Source of the DNA: Archangium sp.
GTDB taxonomy: Bacteria; Myxococcota; Myxococcia; Myxococcales; Myxococcaceae
Direction: 5' to 3'
Length of the DNA: 17,481 nucleotides
Assembly (NCBI GenBank): GCA_031367385.1
Contig: JANLPS010000231.1
Coordinates: 1-17,481, forward strand
Position 1 is the stretch's first letter; every line of letters begins with the position of its first letter. The position numbers and the translations under genes were made by a program. Shown here in pieces: positions 1 through 7,747 of the stretch. The notes beneath the pieces are model-generated. The model saw only the letters and a program-made list of their open reading frames with translations, was not told where the DNA came from and searched no databases.

Positions 1-149
1 GCCAGCACCACGGCCAGGCGTACGGGGTAGCCGAAGAAGGTCTCGCTCTGCGCTTCACCGCTCGCCATCGCCGCCGAGCTACCAGGGCCGGTCGTGCCCG
101 AGAAGACCCCGCGCGTCAGAACGTCGGGCCTCGCGCGCCAACGCGCCAC
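1..149 (-). CDS. 5' part of a hypothetical protein running off the left edge (start GTG 149 or ATG 68)
   Basis: Open minus frame from GTG at 149, just after an in-frame TGA and GAGGA: (V)ARWRARPDVLTRGVFSGTTGPGSSAAMASGEAQSETFFGYPVRLAVVL. Third codon positions are strongly G/C after ATG 68. No family recognised. Confidence 0.35.
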   Translation of the reverse strand, partial: MARWRARPDVLTRGVFSGTTGPGSSAAMASGEAQSETFFGYPVRLAVVL

Positions 150-194
150 GGTTCCTCAATTTGCCCAAACGACGAGATGGGTCATACTTTTGCC

Positions 195-485
195 ATGACC
201 AGACTCGGCGCGGTGGCAGCGGTGTTGTTCTTCGTGCTCTCGAGCGCCTGCGGCAAGAAGGGCATCGGCGAGGCGTGCGGGGACACGACAGAGTGCGGTA
301 CTGGCACGACATGCATCATCAATGGAGGCCGCCACATCGATGCCGGCCAGCTCGTCTGCGACAACACCCTCAGGCTGTGCTCGAAGACCTGCGCCGCCGA
401 CAGTGACTGCGCGAGCTTGGGCAGTGGCACCATCTGCATCAAAGACTGCGCCATGGGGTCGTGCCTCCAAGGCAGCCGCAAATGA
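195..485 (+). CDS. Small Cys-rich lipoprotein
   Basis: MTRLGAVAAVLFFVLSSA-C signal peptide with lipobox; 10 further Cys in about 78 mature residues (e.g. CSKTCAADSDC). An alternative start exists at 177. Confidence 0.75.
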   Translation: MTRLGAVAAVLFFVLSSACGKKGIGEACGDTTECGTGTTCIINGGRHIDAGQLVCDNTLRLCSKTCAADSDCASLGSGTICIKDCAMGSCLQGSRK

Positions 486-778
486 AGTGGCGATGGGTGC
501 GCTCGGGGCTCGTCTCGTTGCTGCTCGGCGCATGCGGGGCAACGCCTGCCTCGGTCTGCCGCGATCAATGCCGCAAGCGCCAGGCGTGCGGCGCGAACAT
601 CAACCTCTCGGCGTGCGACACCGCCTGTTCGGCGCGGGGCGTTGAGGCCCGTTCGCAGCCATGCATCGACGCCGATCTGCTCTTCGAGCAATGCCAAGTG
701 CAGCTCTCTTGCGCCGAGTACCTCGGGGGTGGCGGCTGCGAGGCCCAGGCTCAACGTGCGCAGACCGCCTGTCGGTAG
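482..778 (+). CDS. Small Cys-rich lipoprotein
   Basis: ATGA overlap with the upstream stop (482-485); MKWRWVRSGLVSLLLGA-C lipobox; 10 further Cys including CxxxC pairs (CRDQC, CDTAC). Confidence 0.75.
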   Translation: MKWRWVRSGLVSLLLGACGATPASVCRDQCRKRQACGANINLSACDTACSARGVEARSQPCIDADLLFEQCQVQLSCAEYLGGGGCEAQAQRAQTACR

Positions 779-791
779 AGACTCACAGACG

Positions 792-822
792 AAAAAAAGG
801 CCCGACCCTTTCGAGTCAGGCC
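792..822 (-). terminator. Rho-independent terminator of pnp (possibly bidirectional)
   Basis: Minus strand GGCCTGACTC-GAAA-GGGTCGGGCC (10-bp stem with 2 G-U pairs, GNRA loop) followed by T7, 24 nt after the pnp stop and between convergent genes. Confidence 0.9.
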
Positions 823-846
823 CATTTCTCATTCAACGAAGTCGCC

Positions 847-3006
847 TTACGCCGACGGTGACTTGGTGTTCTGCGCCGCCGGCACTTCAGCGGGAGGCGT
901 ATTCTGCGACGCCGCGCGGTCAGCCAACGCCTGCTTGCGCGAGAGGCGAATCTTGCCGCTGCCGTCGATGCTGATCACCTTGACCATCACCTCGTCACCC
1001 TCTTTGACCACGTCGCTGACCGCTTTGACGCGGCCATCGGCGAGCTCAGAGATGTGAATCAAGCCGTCAGTGCCGGGGAAGATTTCGACGAAGGCGCCGA
1101 ACTCGACGATGCGACGCACCGTGCCCAGGTACACCTTGTTCACTTCGGCTTCGCGGGTGAGCGCCTGAATCATCGACACGGCGTTCTTCACGCCCTCGGA
1201 GTCAGCCGAGGCGATCTCGACCTTGCCGCTGTCGTCGATGTTGATGCTGCAACCGGTGCGCGCGATGATGTCTTTGATCACCTTGCCGCCGGGGCCGATG
1301 ACGTTCTTGATGTACTCCTGGCGAATCATCAAGGTGGTGATGCGGGGCGCGTACTGGCTGATCTCTTTACGAGCCGCCGGCATCGCAACCTGCATCTGCT
1401 CGAGAATGTGCAAGCGGCCTTTGCGCGCCTGCTCCATCGCCTTGAGCATGATGTCCATCGTGAGCCCGGTGATCTTGATGTCCATCTGAACCGAGGTGAT
1501 GCCCTTGGTGGTGCCACAGACCTTGAAGTCCATGTCTCCCAGGTGATCTTCGTCGCCCAAGATGTCGGTCAGAATGGCGATCTTCTCGCCCTCTTTGACC
1601 AGGCCCATCGCGATGCCAGCGACCGGCGCCTTCAACGGCACGCCGGCGTCGAGCAGCGCCAACGTGCCGCCGCAGACCGAGGCCATCGACGAGCTGCCGT
1701 TGCTCTCGAGAATGTCTGAGACCAACCGCACCGTGTAGGGGAAGACGTCTTTGCTCGGCAGCATGTTGCGCAGCGCGCGCTCAGCCAACGCGCCGTGACC
1801 GATTTCACGACGACCCGGGCCACGCAGTGGCTTGGTCTCGTTCACCGAGAACGGAGGGAAGTTGTAGTGCAGCATGAAGCGCTTGTGCACGTCGCCGGTG
1901 AGCTGCTCGATCATCTGCTCGTCGTCGGCGGTGCCCAAGGTCGCGATGACCAGGGCCTGGGTCTCTCCACGCTGGAAGATGGCCGAGCCGTGGGTGCGGG
2001 GCAGCGGGCCGAGCTCCATGTGCAGGGCGCGAACTTCGTCGTGCGCGCGGCCACCGATGCGGCCGGCGTTGACGGTGAGGTCACGCATGTAGTCGTACTT
2101 GAGGTCTTCGAAGATGGCTTTGACCGACTTCTCTTTGGCCGCGTAGTCAGCGCCCATCTCGGTCTTCATCGCCTCTTGCATGCCCTTCGAGGTCTTCTTC
2201 AAGGCTGAGTAGCGCTCGTGCTTGTCGGCGATCGCGTAGCCCTTCTGAATGCCGTCCCAGGTCAGCTTCTTGACCTTGGCGACGAGGGTCTCGTCGTGCT
2301 TCGCGGCCTTGTCGTACTCGCGAACCTTGGTGCCGAGCTCAGCGCGCATCTGCTCTTGCAGCTTGATGATGTCGCCGCAGATCTTCTGGCCGAACTCGAG
2401 GGCCTTGATCATGTCGGCTTCGCTGACTTCTTCGGCGCCGCCTTCGACCATCACGATCGCGTCTTTGCTGCTGGCGACGACCATGTCGATGTCGGCGTTG
2501 ACGCGCTGCTTGTTGGTCGGGTTTGCGACGAACTTGCCGTCGATGCGCGCGACGCGAACGCCGGCGATCGGGCCATTGAACGGAATGTCGGAGGTGTGGA
2601 GCGCGGCCGAGCCGGCGCAGAGCGCGAGCACGTCGCCGTCGTTCTCTTGATCAGACGAGACGACGCTGATGATGATCTGCGTCTCGTACGCATACCCTTC
2701 GGGGAAGAGGGGGCGGCAGCTGCGGTCGATCAAGCGGCTGGTGAGCGTCTCTTTCTCAGAGAGCCTGCCCTCGCGGCGAAAGTACCCGCCGGGGATGCGG
2801 CCGGCCGCGTACAGGTTCTCTTTGTACTCGACGGTCAGGGGGAGGAAATCGATGTCTTTCTTGTCTTTGGCCGAGACGGCGGTGGCCAGAATCATGGTGT
2901 CGCCATAGCGAACGACGACTGAACCATCGGCCTGCTTGGCCATACGACCGGTCTCGATCGACAGCTCTCGCTCGCCGACCATCACGCTCTTCTTGATAAT
3001 TTTCAT
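847..3006 (-). CDS. pnp: Polyribonucleotide nucleotidyltransferase (PNPase)
   Basis: [69 protein letters not shown] motif VIGPGGK and a C-terminal S1 domain. Start set at ATG 3006 (MKIIKK), 719 aa. Confidence 0.98.
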   Translation of the reverse strand: MKIIKKSVMVGERELSIETGRMAKQADGSVVVRYGDTMILATAVSAKDKKDIDFLPLTVEYKENLYAAGRIPGGYFRREGRLSEKETLTSRLIDRSCRPLFPEGYAYETQIIISVVSSDQENDGDVLALCAGSAALHTSDIPFNGPIAGVRVARIDGKFVANPTNKQRVNADIDMVVASSKDAIVMVEGGAEEVSEADMIKALEFGQKICGDIIKLQEQMRAELGTKVREYDKAAKHDETLVAKVKKLTWDGIQKGYAIADKHERYSALKKTSKGMQEAMKTEMGADYAAKEKSVKAIFEDLKYDYMRDLTVNAGRIGGRAHDEVRALHMELGPLPRTHGSAIFQRGETQALVIATLGTADDEQMIEQLTGDVHKRFMLHYNFPPFSVNETKPLRGPGRREIGHGALAERALRNMLPSKDVFPYTVRLVSDILESNGSSSMASVCGGTLALLDAGVPLKAPVAGIAMGLVKEGEKIAILTDILGDEDHLGDMDFKVCGTTKGITSVQMDIKITGLTMDIMLKAMEQARKGRLHILEQMQVAMPAARKEISQYAPRITTLMIRQEYIKNVIGPGGKVIKDIIARTGCSINIDDSGKVEIASADSEGVKNAVSMIQALTREAEVNKVYLGTVRRIVEFGAFVEIFPGTDGLIHISELADGRVKAVSDVVKEGDEVMVKVISIDGSGKIRLSRKQALADRAASQNTPPAEVPAAQNTKSPSA

Positions 3007-3061
3007 TTTTCTCTCGCGGTGCCGTGAGCACGATTGCTCAAAGCGGTTGATGGCATCGCAA

Positions 3062-3151
3062 GCGGCCGGGCGTTTTGACCTCTGATCGCAGCGCCCCTTG
3101 TTGGTGCCAAGGGAGACTCCGAACAAAAATCAAAACGCATCGTCCGACCGC
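3062..3151 (-). promoter_or_regulatory. Long imperfect stem-loop in the pnp 5' leader (candidate RNase III processing/autoregulation site)
   Basis: GCGTTTTGA 3070-3078 is the exact reverse complement of TCAAAACGC 3130-3138. Pairing extends outward (GCGGUCGG/CCGGCCGC) and inward via G-U pairs to CCCUUG/CAAGGG on the minus strand. Confidence 0.65.
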
Positions 3152-3175
3152 TGCACGCTGCCGGTGAATACAATT

Positions 3176-3205
3176 CGAGCCCTCCGACGAATGCCGAAGG
3201 GCCCG
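3176..3205 (-). terminator. Hairpin just downstream of rpsO (weak terminator or stability element)
   Basis: Minus strand CGGGCCCTTCGGC-ATTC-GTCGGAGGGCTCG, a 13-bp stem with G-U pairs 9 nt after the rpsO stop. The tail AATTGTATT is only weakly U-rich. Confidence 0.6.
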
Positions 3206-3214
3206 TGAAACCAG

Positions 3215-3481
3215 TTACTTGCGAATGCCCAACGTCTCGATCAGCTTCTTGTAGCGGTTTTGGTCTTTGCCCTTGAGGTAGTCGAGCAAACGACGGCGTT
3301 GACCGACCAGCTTCAGAAGACCACGACGGCTGTGGTGGTCTTTCTTGTGGGTCTTGAAGTGCTCGGTCAAGTGGTTGATTCGCTCAGACAACAGCGCGAC
3401 CTGAACCTCGGGCGAGCCAGTGTCTTTCTCGTGGGTACGAAACTTCGCAACGACTTCGGTCTTATCGACGGTAACCGTCAT
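3215..3481 (-). CDS. rpsO: 30S ribosomal protein S15
   Basis: [50 protein letters not shown]; lies directly upstream of pnp. Start ATG 3481 (88 aa) or 3499. Confidence 0.98.
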   Translation of the reverse strand: MTVTVDKTEVVAKFRTHEKDTGSPEVQVALLSERINHLTEHFKTHKKDHHSRRGLLKLVGQRRRLLDYLKGKDQNRYKKLIETLGIRK

Positions 3482-3501
3482 GGTGAAACCTTCATCCACC
3501 T

Positions 3502-3561
3502 CCGGGTGAGCTGCGAAGCCGAGCGTCCGCGGAGGGGTGCAGACGACGGTCGGCCCGGCTC
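3502..3561 (-). promoter_or_regulatory. Structured rpsO 5' leader, candidate S15 autoregulatory element
   Basis: Minus strand nested pairings GAGC/GCUC, GCCGA/UCGGC and GUCUGC/GCGGAC; an alternative CCGGG/CCCGG pairing overlaps the GGAGG upstream of rpsO. Confidence 0.4.
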
Positions 3562-3587
3562 ATATGGCACTTAGGCTCGCTCGGCAA
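3559..3587 (-). promoter_or_regulatory. Possible sigma70-type promoter for rpsO
   Basis: Minus strand TTGCCG-N17-TATGAG upstream of and abutting the structured leader. The -10 match is imperfect. Confidence 0.25.
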
Positions 3588-3594
3588 TACCGCA

Positions 3595-4185
3595 TCAACC
3601 GGGGAGGACCTCGAATTCGATGGGTTTGCAGGTGCCCCCGTTCGACCCCTCGTCGGAGCAGGCCGTGAGCCCCACCACCAGGGTCATCGCCGCCTCGAAG
3701 TGCACCGCCGCCCCCGCTCGAGAGGTGGGGGCGATGACCGCGATTCGGCCATCAGAGGCGATGGGCACGTTCATGAACACGTTGAAGGTGGTGCCAATCT
3801 GGTGCGGCTCGATGCCGAACCGGGCGAGGTGGGTCTGCAGGTTTTGAAGGCAGCTCGGGTGGTAGCCGTCGGTCAGGCGCCCCATCATCTCGAACATCTG
3901 CAGGCTGCACGGGGTGACCAAGAAGTCGTGACACCCGGCTGCGTCGTGGGTGATCTTGAGCATCGGCTTGCCGCTCTGGGCGTAGAGCACATGGCCCAGG
4001 CCGAAGTTGACGGTCTCGTTGTAGTCAATCGACCGCCCCGATGAGAGCGCGTCTTTGCGATTGGCTGAATCGAAGCAGAACAGATCGGCGACCTGGCCTC
4101 CGAGCGGGTCGATGACGACCAGGGTGTGACCTGCTTCGAGCTCGAAGGCGGTACCGGTCTGCGGCGCGAGGGTGCGACGGGTCAT
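3595..4185 (-). CDS. DUF1989 / urea-carboxylase-associated family protein (YcgI-like, carboxyguanidine-deiminase-related fold)
   Basis: DPLGGQVADL, LSSGRSIDYN, HDFLVTPCS, HPSCLQNL, FNVFMNV, LTACS and NGG motifs with putative metal-binding Asp/Cys residues; ATGA overlap with the upstream stop (4182-4185); 196 aa. Confidence 0.85.
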   Translation of the reverse strand: MTRRTLAPQTGTAFELEAGHTLVVIDPLGGQVADLFCFDSANRKDALSSGRSIDYNETVNFGLGHVLYAQSGKPMLKITHDAAGCHDFLVTPCSLQMFEMMGRLTDGYHPSCLQNLQTHLARFGIEPHQIGTTFNVFMNVPIASDGRIAVIAPTSRAGAAVHFEAAMTLVVGLTACSDEGSNGGTCKPIEFEVLPG

Positions 4186-4952
4186 TTCTTTTCGCGCTCG
4201 TGCATGAATTTGAAAGGGCACTGCCAGTCGCTCGGGTTGTTGCGACCGGAGAACTGAATCGACTCCCACTTGTCACCGTGGAGCGCGACCATCGGGTTGG
4301 GGCCGCCGTCAAAGTCGACTTCGCGTTTGCGGTTGAGCGCGACCATTCGCTCGTACGAGCCCTTGCGTTCGAGCTGCTCGAATTGGTCGAACGCGTTGAA
4401 GACCAGCCCGGTGAAGGGAAAGCGGCGGCCACGGCGCGAGCTGCCAGGGTGCAGGCCGACGACGAAGAGGCGATTGCCTCCCAGACTCATCACGAAGCCG
4501 GGGTCAGCTGGGTCGCTCGAGGTGTGGGGGGCCCAATCGCTCTGCTTCTGCTCTTCGGAGGTCAGCATCGACAGCTCGGCCCACATCGCGGCCTCGAACG
4601 CCTCTTCTGACAACGCAGGAGTCTCGGGGAAGATCGCGAACATGGTCGAATAGAGCGAGTTGCTGTGCTGCTGCGCTCGCAGATACACCAACAGGTCGGC
4701 TCGAAGCTCGCGCCAACAGTCGCCCCGCCCCAGCGTTCGATACAGGCCTACCGCGTAGTCGTTGCTCGTCATGGCTTGAACCGCTGCCACGCAGGGGTAG
4801 CTGTCAGAGAGAATGTGCTGGCGCAGTTGGCGGTCGACCTCGGCTGCCACGGTGGTTTCGACCGTGGAAAGCGTGTCGTCGCCTTTGAGCCTGCCGTTTT
4901 GGGGGAGGTAGATGTGGCGAGAGTGCTGGGCGTTGGCTTGCTCTGAACTCAT
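4182..4952 (-). CDS. YqcI/YcgG-family protein (DcsA/GntA-like heme-dependent guanidino N-hydroxylase family)
   Basis: YPCVAA (PC motif, putative heme Cys), FEAAMWAEL, SSDPADPGFVMSLGG, FVVGLHPGSSRRGRRF, LVFNAFDQFEQL and C-terminal WQCPF. Start set at ATG 4952 (256 aa). Confidence 0.8.
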   Translation of the reverse strand: MSSEQANAQHSRHIYLPQNGRLKGDDTLSTVETTVAAEVDRQLRQHILSDSYPCVAAVQAMTSNDYAVGLYRTLGRGDCWRELRADLLVYLRAQQHSNSLYSTMFAIFPETPALSEEAFEAAMWAELSMLTSEEQKQSDWAPHTSSDPADPGFVMSLGGNRLFVVGLHPGSSRRGRRFPFTGLVFNAFDQFEQLERKGSYERMVALNRKREVDFDGGPNPMVALHGDKWESIQFSGRNNPSDWQCPFKFMHEREKK

Positions 4953-4965
4953 CGGCAAGGGCTTT

Positions 4966-4981
4966 TGCAATGCTTGCGCCC
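4966..4981 (-). promoter_or_regulatory. Possible sigma54 (-24/-12) promoter for the YqcI/YcgG-DUF1989 pair
   Basis: Minus strand GGGCGCAAGCATTGCA = GG-N10-GC with TTGCA. It lies only 13 nt before ATG 4952, which would make the transcript nearly leaderless. Confidence 0.3.
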
Positions 4982-5139
4982 GCGCAGCCCTCGACGACGA
5001 GCGTGTGGCACGTGCGCTCACCAACGCCTCATTGGGGCGGGCGCGGTTCGGCTGAGATCTTGCGCCTCCGACAATCTGCAAGCTCGTTATGCTCGTTCAA
5101 AGGCGGCGCCATGCTTCAGCGAATACCGACTCGCAGCTC

Positions 5140-5352
5140 ATGACTCAGGCCGGGCTGGGGTTGGTCGGCGAGGGCGGCTGCGCGTTCTTCGAGTTTCCGC
5201 TCATTGAGCAACTCGGCGCGTACAAGACCGGGTACCGCAAGGCGCTCGATGGGTTGCCGCTCGATGAAGCAGCCCAGGCGCGCGTGGTGGCTGAGGCGGT
5301 GCGCTCGTTCGAGCTCAATTCGGCCATCACCGACGCGCTTGGGCCCTCTTGA
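5140..5352 (+). pseudogene. C-terminal fragment of a biliverdin-producing heme oxygenase (HO-1/HmuO type)
   Basis: GCAFFEFPLIEQLGAYKTGYRKALDGLPLDEAAQARVVAEAVRSFELN matches the heme oxygenase C-terminal pattern (FYxF...FKxxYRxxLDxLxL...xxEAxxAFxxN). No N-terminal His helix or GDLSGG motif was seen upstream. Confidence 0.7.
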
Positions 5353-5356
5353 GGCT

Positions 5357-6406
5357 TTAGTCGCCCTCAGGCTGTGCGTGCTCGTTCACCCACCACACGC
5401 GGTGGTAACCGCCCTTGTCTTTGGCCTTTTGCGCGCCGTCGCGAAGAAAGGGCGCGAACTGGTTGAGCCGCTGAGCGCCGGTGCCATTGGGCTTGCCGTC
5501 GGGGCCGATGTAGTTCCACGTGGCGACGCCGATGACACTCGCGTAGCGACCGTGAAACGCCTTGAAGCCGCGTTGATCGAAGACGCCCGCGCCTGAATCG
5601 CCGCTCACCGCGCCCGAGCCCAGCAGAAACTGCCCCAGGTCGGCCGTGTACACGTGCGTGGTCGGCACTTCGTGGTCGACCTGCGTGCAGGCCACCGGGC
5701 CGTTCGAGACGCAGGTCAACGGAATGTCTTCTTGAATGCGGCGCTGGAGGTCGCCTTTGACGACGGTGTCGCCGCCGGTCCAATCGCCGTTCTCGTCGAG
5801 GGCGAAGGTCTCGTCGATGCCACCACGGCCGACGATGGCGGTGTTCTTGACGCGGGTGTCGATGATGTCGCGGTCCAGGTCGACTCCGACGTAGCGAGCT
5901 TCGTCTTTGGGCACGTTCGAGTCGAGAATCAGCAGCGCGATGTCGTCGGCGCAGAAGCGGTTGGTGGCGGGCACCAAGATGTCGGTGACCTCGTACCACT
6001 TGGGAGTACCAACGTAGACCGACGAGCTCGTGGTGACGTGGGTGCCGCCCTTGAGCACGACGTCGGTGGTGTATTCGCCGTCACACGGGTCGGTCGCGGC
6101 GTTGGGGCCGAAGCTCGCGCCCGCCACGCAGTGCCGCGCGGTCAACACCAGGTTGGGGGCGATGAGGGTACCCGAGCAGCGCGCGGTGCCTTTGCGGCAG
6201 GTGCCGACCGGGCCCACGGCGGGGTCTTGGTTCAGCGGGCCCTGGCAGAGGCCGACGTCGAAGGGGTGGCTGGTGTCGAGCGGCGCATTGAGCAGCTCGC
6301 TGCCCACCTGCGCCGAAGAGTCGGTGTCTGAGACGGGGGCCGAGACTCCGCAGGCAGCGAGCAAGACGGCGGTGAAGGTGACGACCAAAAAGCTTCGAGT
6401 GTGCAT
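5357..6406 (-). CDS. Trypsin-like (S1) serine protease, lipoprotein
   Basis: Lipobox LLAA-C; catalytic triad motifs CSGTLIAPNLVLTARHCV (His), DIALL (Asp), GDSG (Ser); 349 aa. Confidence 0.9.
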   Translation of the reverse strand: MHTRSFLVVTFTAVLLAACGVSAPVSDTDSSAQVGSELLNAPLDTSHPFDVGLCQGPLNQDPAVGPVGTCRKGTARCSGTLIAPNLVLTARHCVAGASFGPNAATDPCDGEYTTDVVLKGGTHVTTSSSVYVGTPKWYEVTDILVPATNRFCADDIALLILDSNVPKDEARYVGVDLDRDIIDTRVKNTAIVGRGGIDETFALDENGDWTGGDTVVKGDLQRRIQEDIPLTCVSNGPVACTQVDHEVPTTHVYTADLGQFLLGSGAVSGDSGAGVFDQRGFKAFHGRYASVIGVATWNYIGPDGKPNGTGAQRLNQFAPFLRDGAQKAKDKGGYHRVWWVNEHAQPEGD

Positions 6407-6644
6407 GCGGCCCCCGCGAGAATGACTTCAACGGCGAGGCCCGTAGCAGCTGGTGCGACACGACGGCAAGGCCGCTTCGCGCGTGAGGTGGAGACTCAGA
6501 AACACCCAGAGCGTTTTTTTCCGCGAGACCGACATCGCGACGCTCCTCACGTGCAAAAGCCCGTAGCGCAAAGGGCTCGATCGGTTTCGTGGGCCGTGGC
6601 AACAGACGCACGCTCATTGCCGAACCCAAGAGGGGTCTTCACAC

Positions 6645-6977
6645 ATGCTGCAGTCGAAACGCCTGATGTTGGTCGCCGTCGTGATGCTGAACTCGAGCTG
6701 CTTCATGGCGAGGGTCGTCGCGAAAGGCCCTGCTGGCGAGCATCACTCGAACACCGGCGTGAGCTTGTTCTGGGGCCTCACCTCGACTGAGAGCGACGCC
6801 GACGAGTGCCCGAATGGGTTGCAGCGCGTCGCGACCTACCACCCCTGGTACACGTGGCTGTTGTCGACCATCACCATCGGCATCGTCACGCCGATCGTCA
6901 AAGACTACACCTGCATGGCGGGGGTAGCGCCTCAGACGGTGATCATCGCGCCGCTCTCGAACCCACCGATGCCTTGA
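6645..6977 (+). CDS. Bor/Iss-like lipoprotein
   Basis: Signal peptide ending LNSS-C; LFWGL...C.NG...V...LLSTITIGIVTP....YTC pattern typical of the Bor family; Pro-rich tail. Confidence 0.7.
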   Translation: MLQSKRLMLVAVVMLNSSCFMARVVAKGPAGEHHSNTGVSLFWGLTSTESDADECPNGLQRVATYHPWYTWLLSTITIGIVTPIVKDYTCMAGVAPQTVIIAPLSNPPMP

Positions 6978-7007
6978 GTCGACCAGACGGTGGAGTACGG
7001 TCTGCCC

Positions 7008-7739
7008 ATGAATCTGATGAACAACACGATTTTGATCACGGGTGGCGCGAGCGGCATCGGGTTGGGGCTGACCAAGCGTCTGGCGGCCCACAACCAAGTC
7101 ATCGTGTGCGGTCGACGGGCTGACGTTTTGGCGGCGGCACAGGCTGAAATACCGTCACTCCAGACCATCGAGTGTGACGTCGCCTCGCAGAGCGATCGCG
7201 AGCGGCTGGCACGGCAGGTGACCGAACGGTTTCCCAAGCTCAACGTGCTTCTCAACAACGCGGGCATTCAGAACCGCTTGCCGCCGCTGACGACGCCGCA
7301 AGCCTGGGAGCCCCACGCCACCGAAATCGCCATCAACCTCCAAGCGCCGATGCACTTGTCGATGTTGCTGTTGCCCCAGCTGCTCAAGCAACCGTCAGCG
7401 GCCATCTTGAACGTCTCTTCGGGCCTGGCGTTCGTGCCCATCGCCTTCATGCCGACGTACTGCGCGACCAAGGCGGGGCTGCATTCGTTCACCATGAGCC
7501 TGCGCCGTCAGCTGCGCGAGACTTCGGTGAAGGTCATCGAGATCGTGCCGCCCATGGTGAACACAGACCTCGGTGGCAAGGGGCTGCATGACACGGGCAC
7601 GCCGCTCAACGAGTACATCGATTCGGTGATGGCTCAGTTGGCGACCGACTCAGTTGAATTCGGGTTCGGTTTTTCAGAGAAGGCCCGGGCCGCCTCGCGC
7701 GCAGAGCTCGATGGCATCTTCGCGAACATGAATAAATAG
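7008..7739 (+). CDS. Short-chain dehydrogenase/reductase (DltE-like)
   Basis: TGGASGIG nucleotide-binding motif, NNAG, NVSSGLAF, catalytic YCATK, EIVPPMVNT. Start 7008 or 7017. Confidence 0.92.
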   Translation: MNLMNNTILITGGASGIGLGLTKRLAAHNQVIVCGRRADVLAAAQAEIPSLQTIECDVASQSDRERLARQVTERFPKLNVLLNNAGIQNRLPPLTTPQAWEPHATEIAINLQAPMHLSMLLLPQLLKQPSAAILNVSSGLAFVPIAFMPTYCATKAGLHSFTMSLRRQLRETSVKVIEIVPPMVNTDLGGKGLHDTGTPLNEYIDSVMAQLATDSVEFGFGFSEKARAASRAELDGIFANMNK

Positions 7740-7747
7740 GGGTTGGC

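Noticed and set aside
1054..2922. Plus-strand ORFs of 130-234 aa
   Set aside because: They are antisense shadows of pnp.
3007..3126. 40-codon N-terminal extension of pnp in the ORF track
   Set aside because: PNPase similarity starts at MKIIKK (3006); the extension runs through the leader hairpin.
4182..4952. Guanitoxin or D-cycloserine biosynthetic cluster
   Set aside because: Only the hydroxylase family member is present; none of the other pathway genes are in the window.
4953..5100. Guanidine riboswitch upstream of the YqcI/DUF1989 pair (two ACGA on the minus strand)
   Set aside because: The ACGA tetramers are not enclosed by stems as guanidine-II requires, and no guanidine-I or -III features were recognisable.
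6407..6644. Promoter-like motifs and a repeated GCCCGTAGC in the divergent gap
   Set aside because: The sigma54-like matches lack one of the conserved dinucleotides, and a 9-nt repeat is unremarkable at this GC content.
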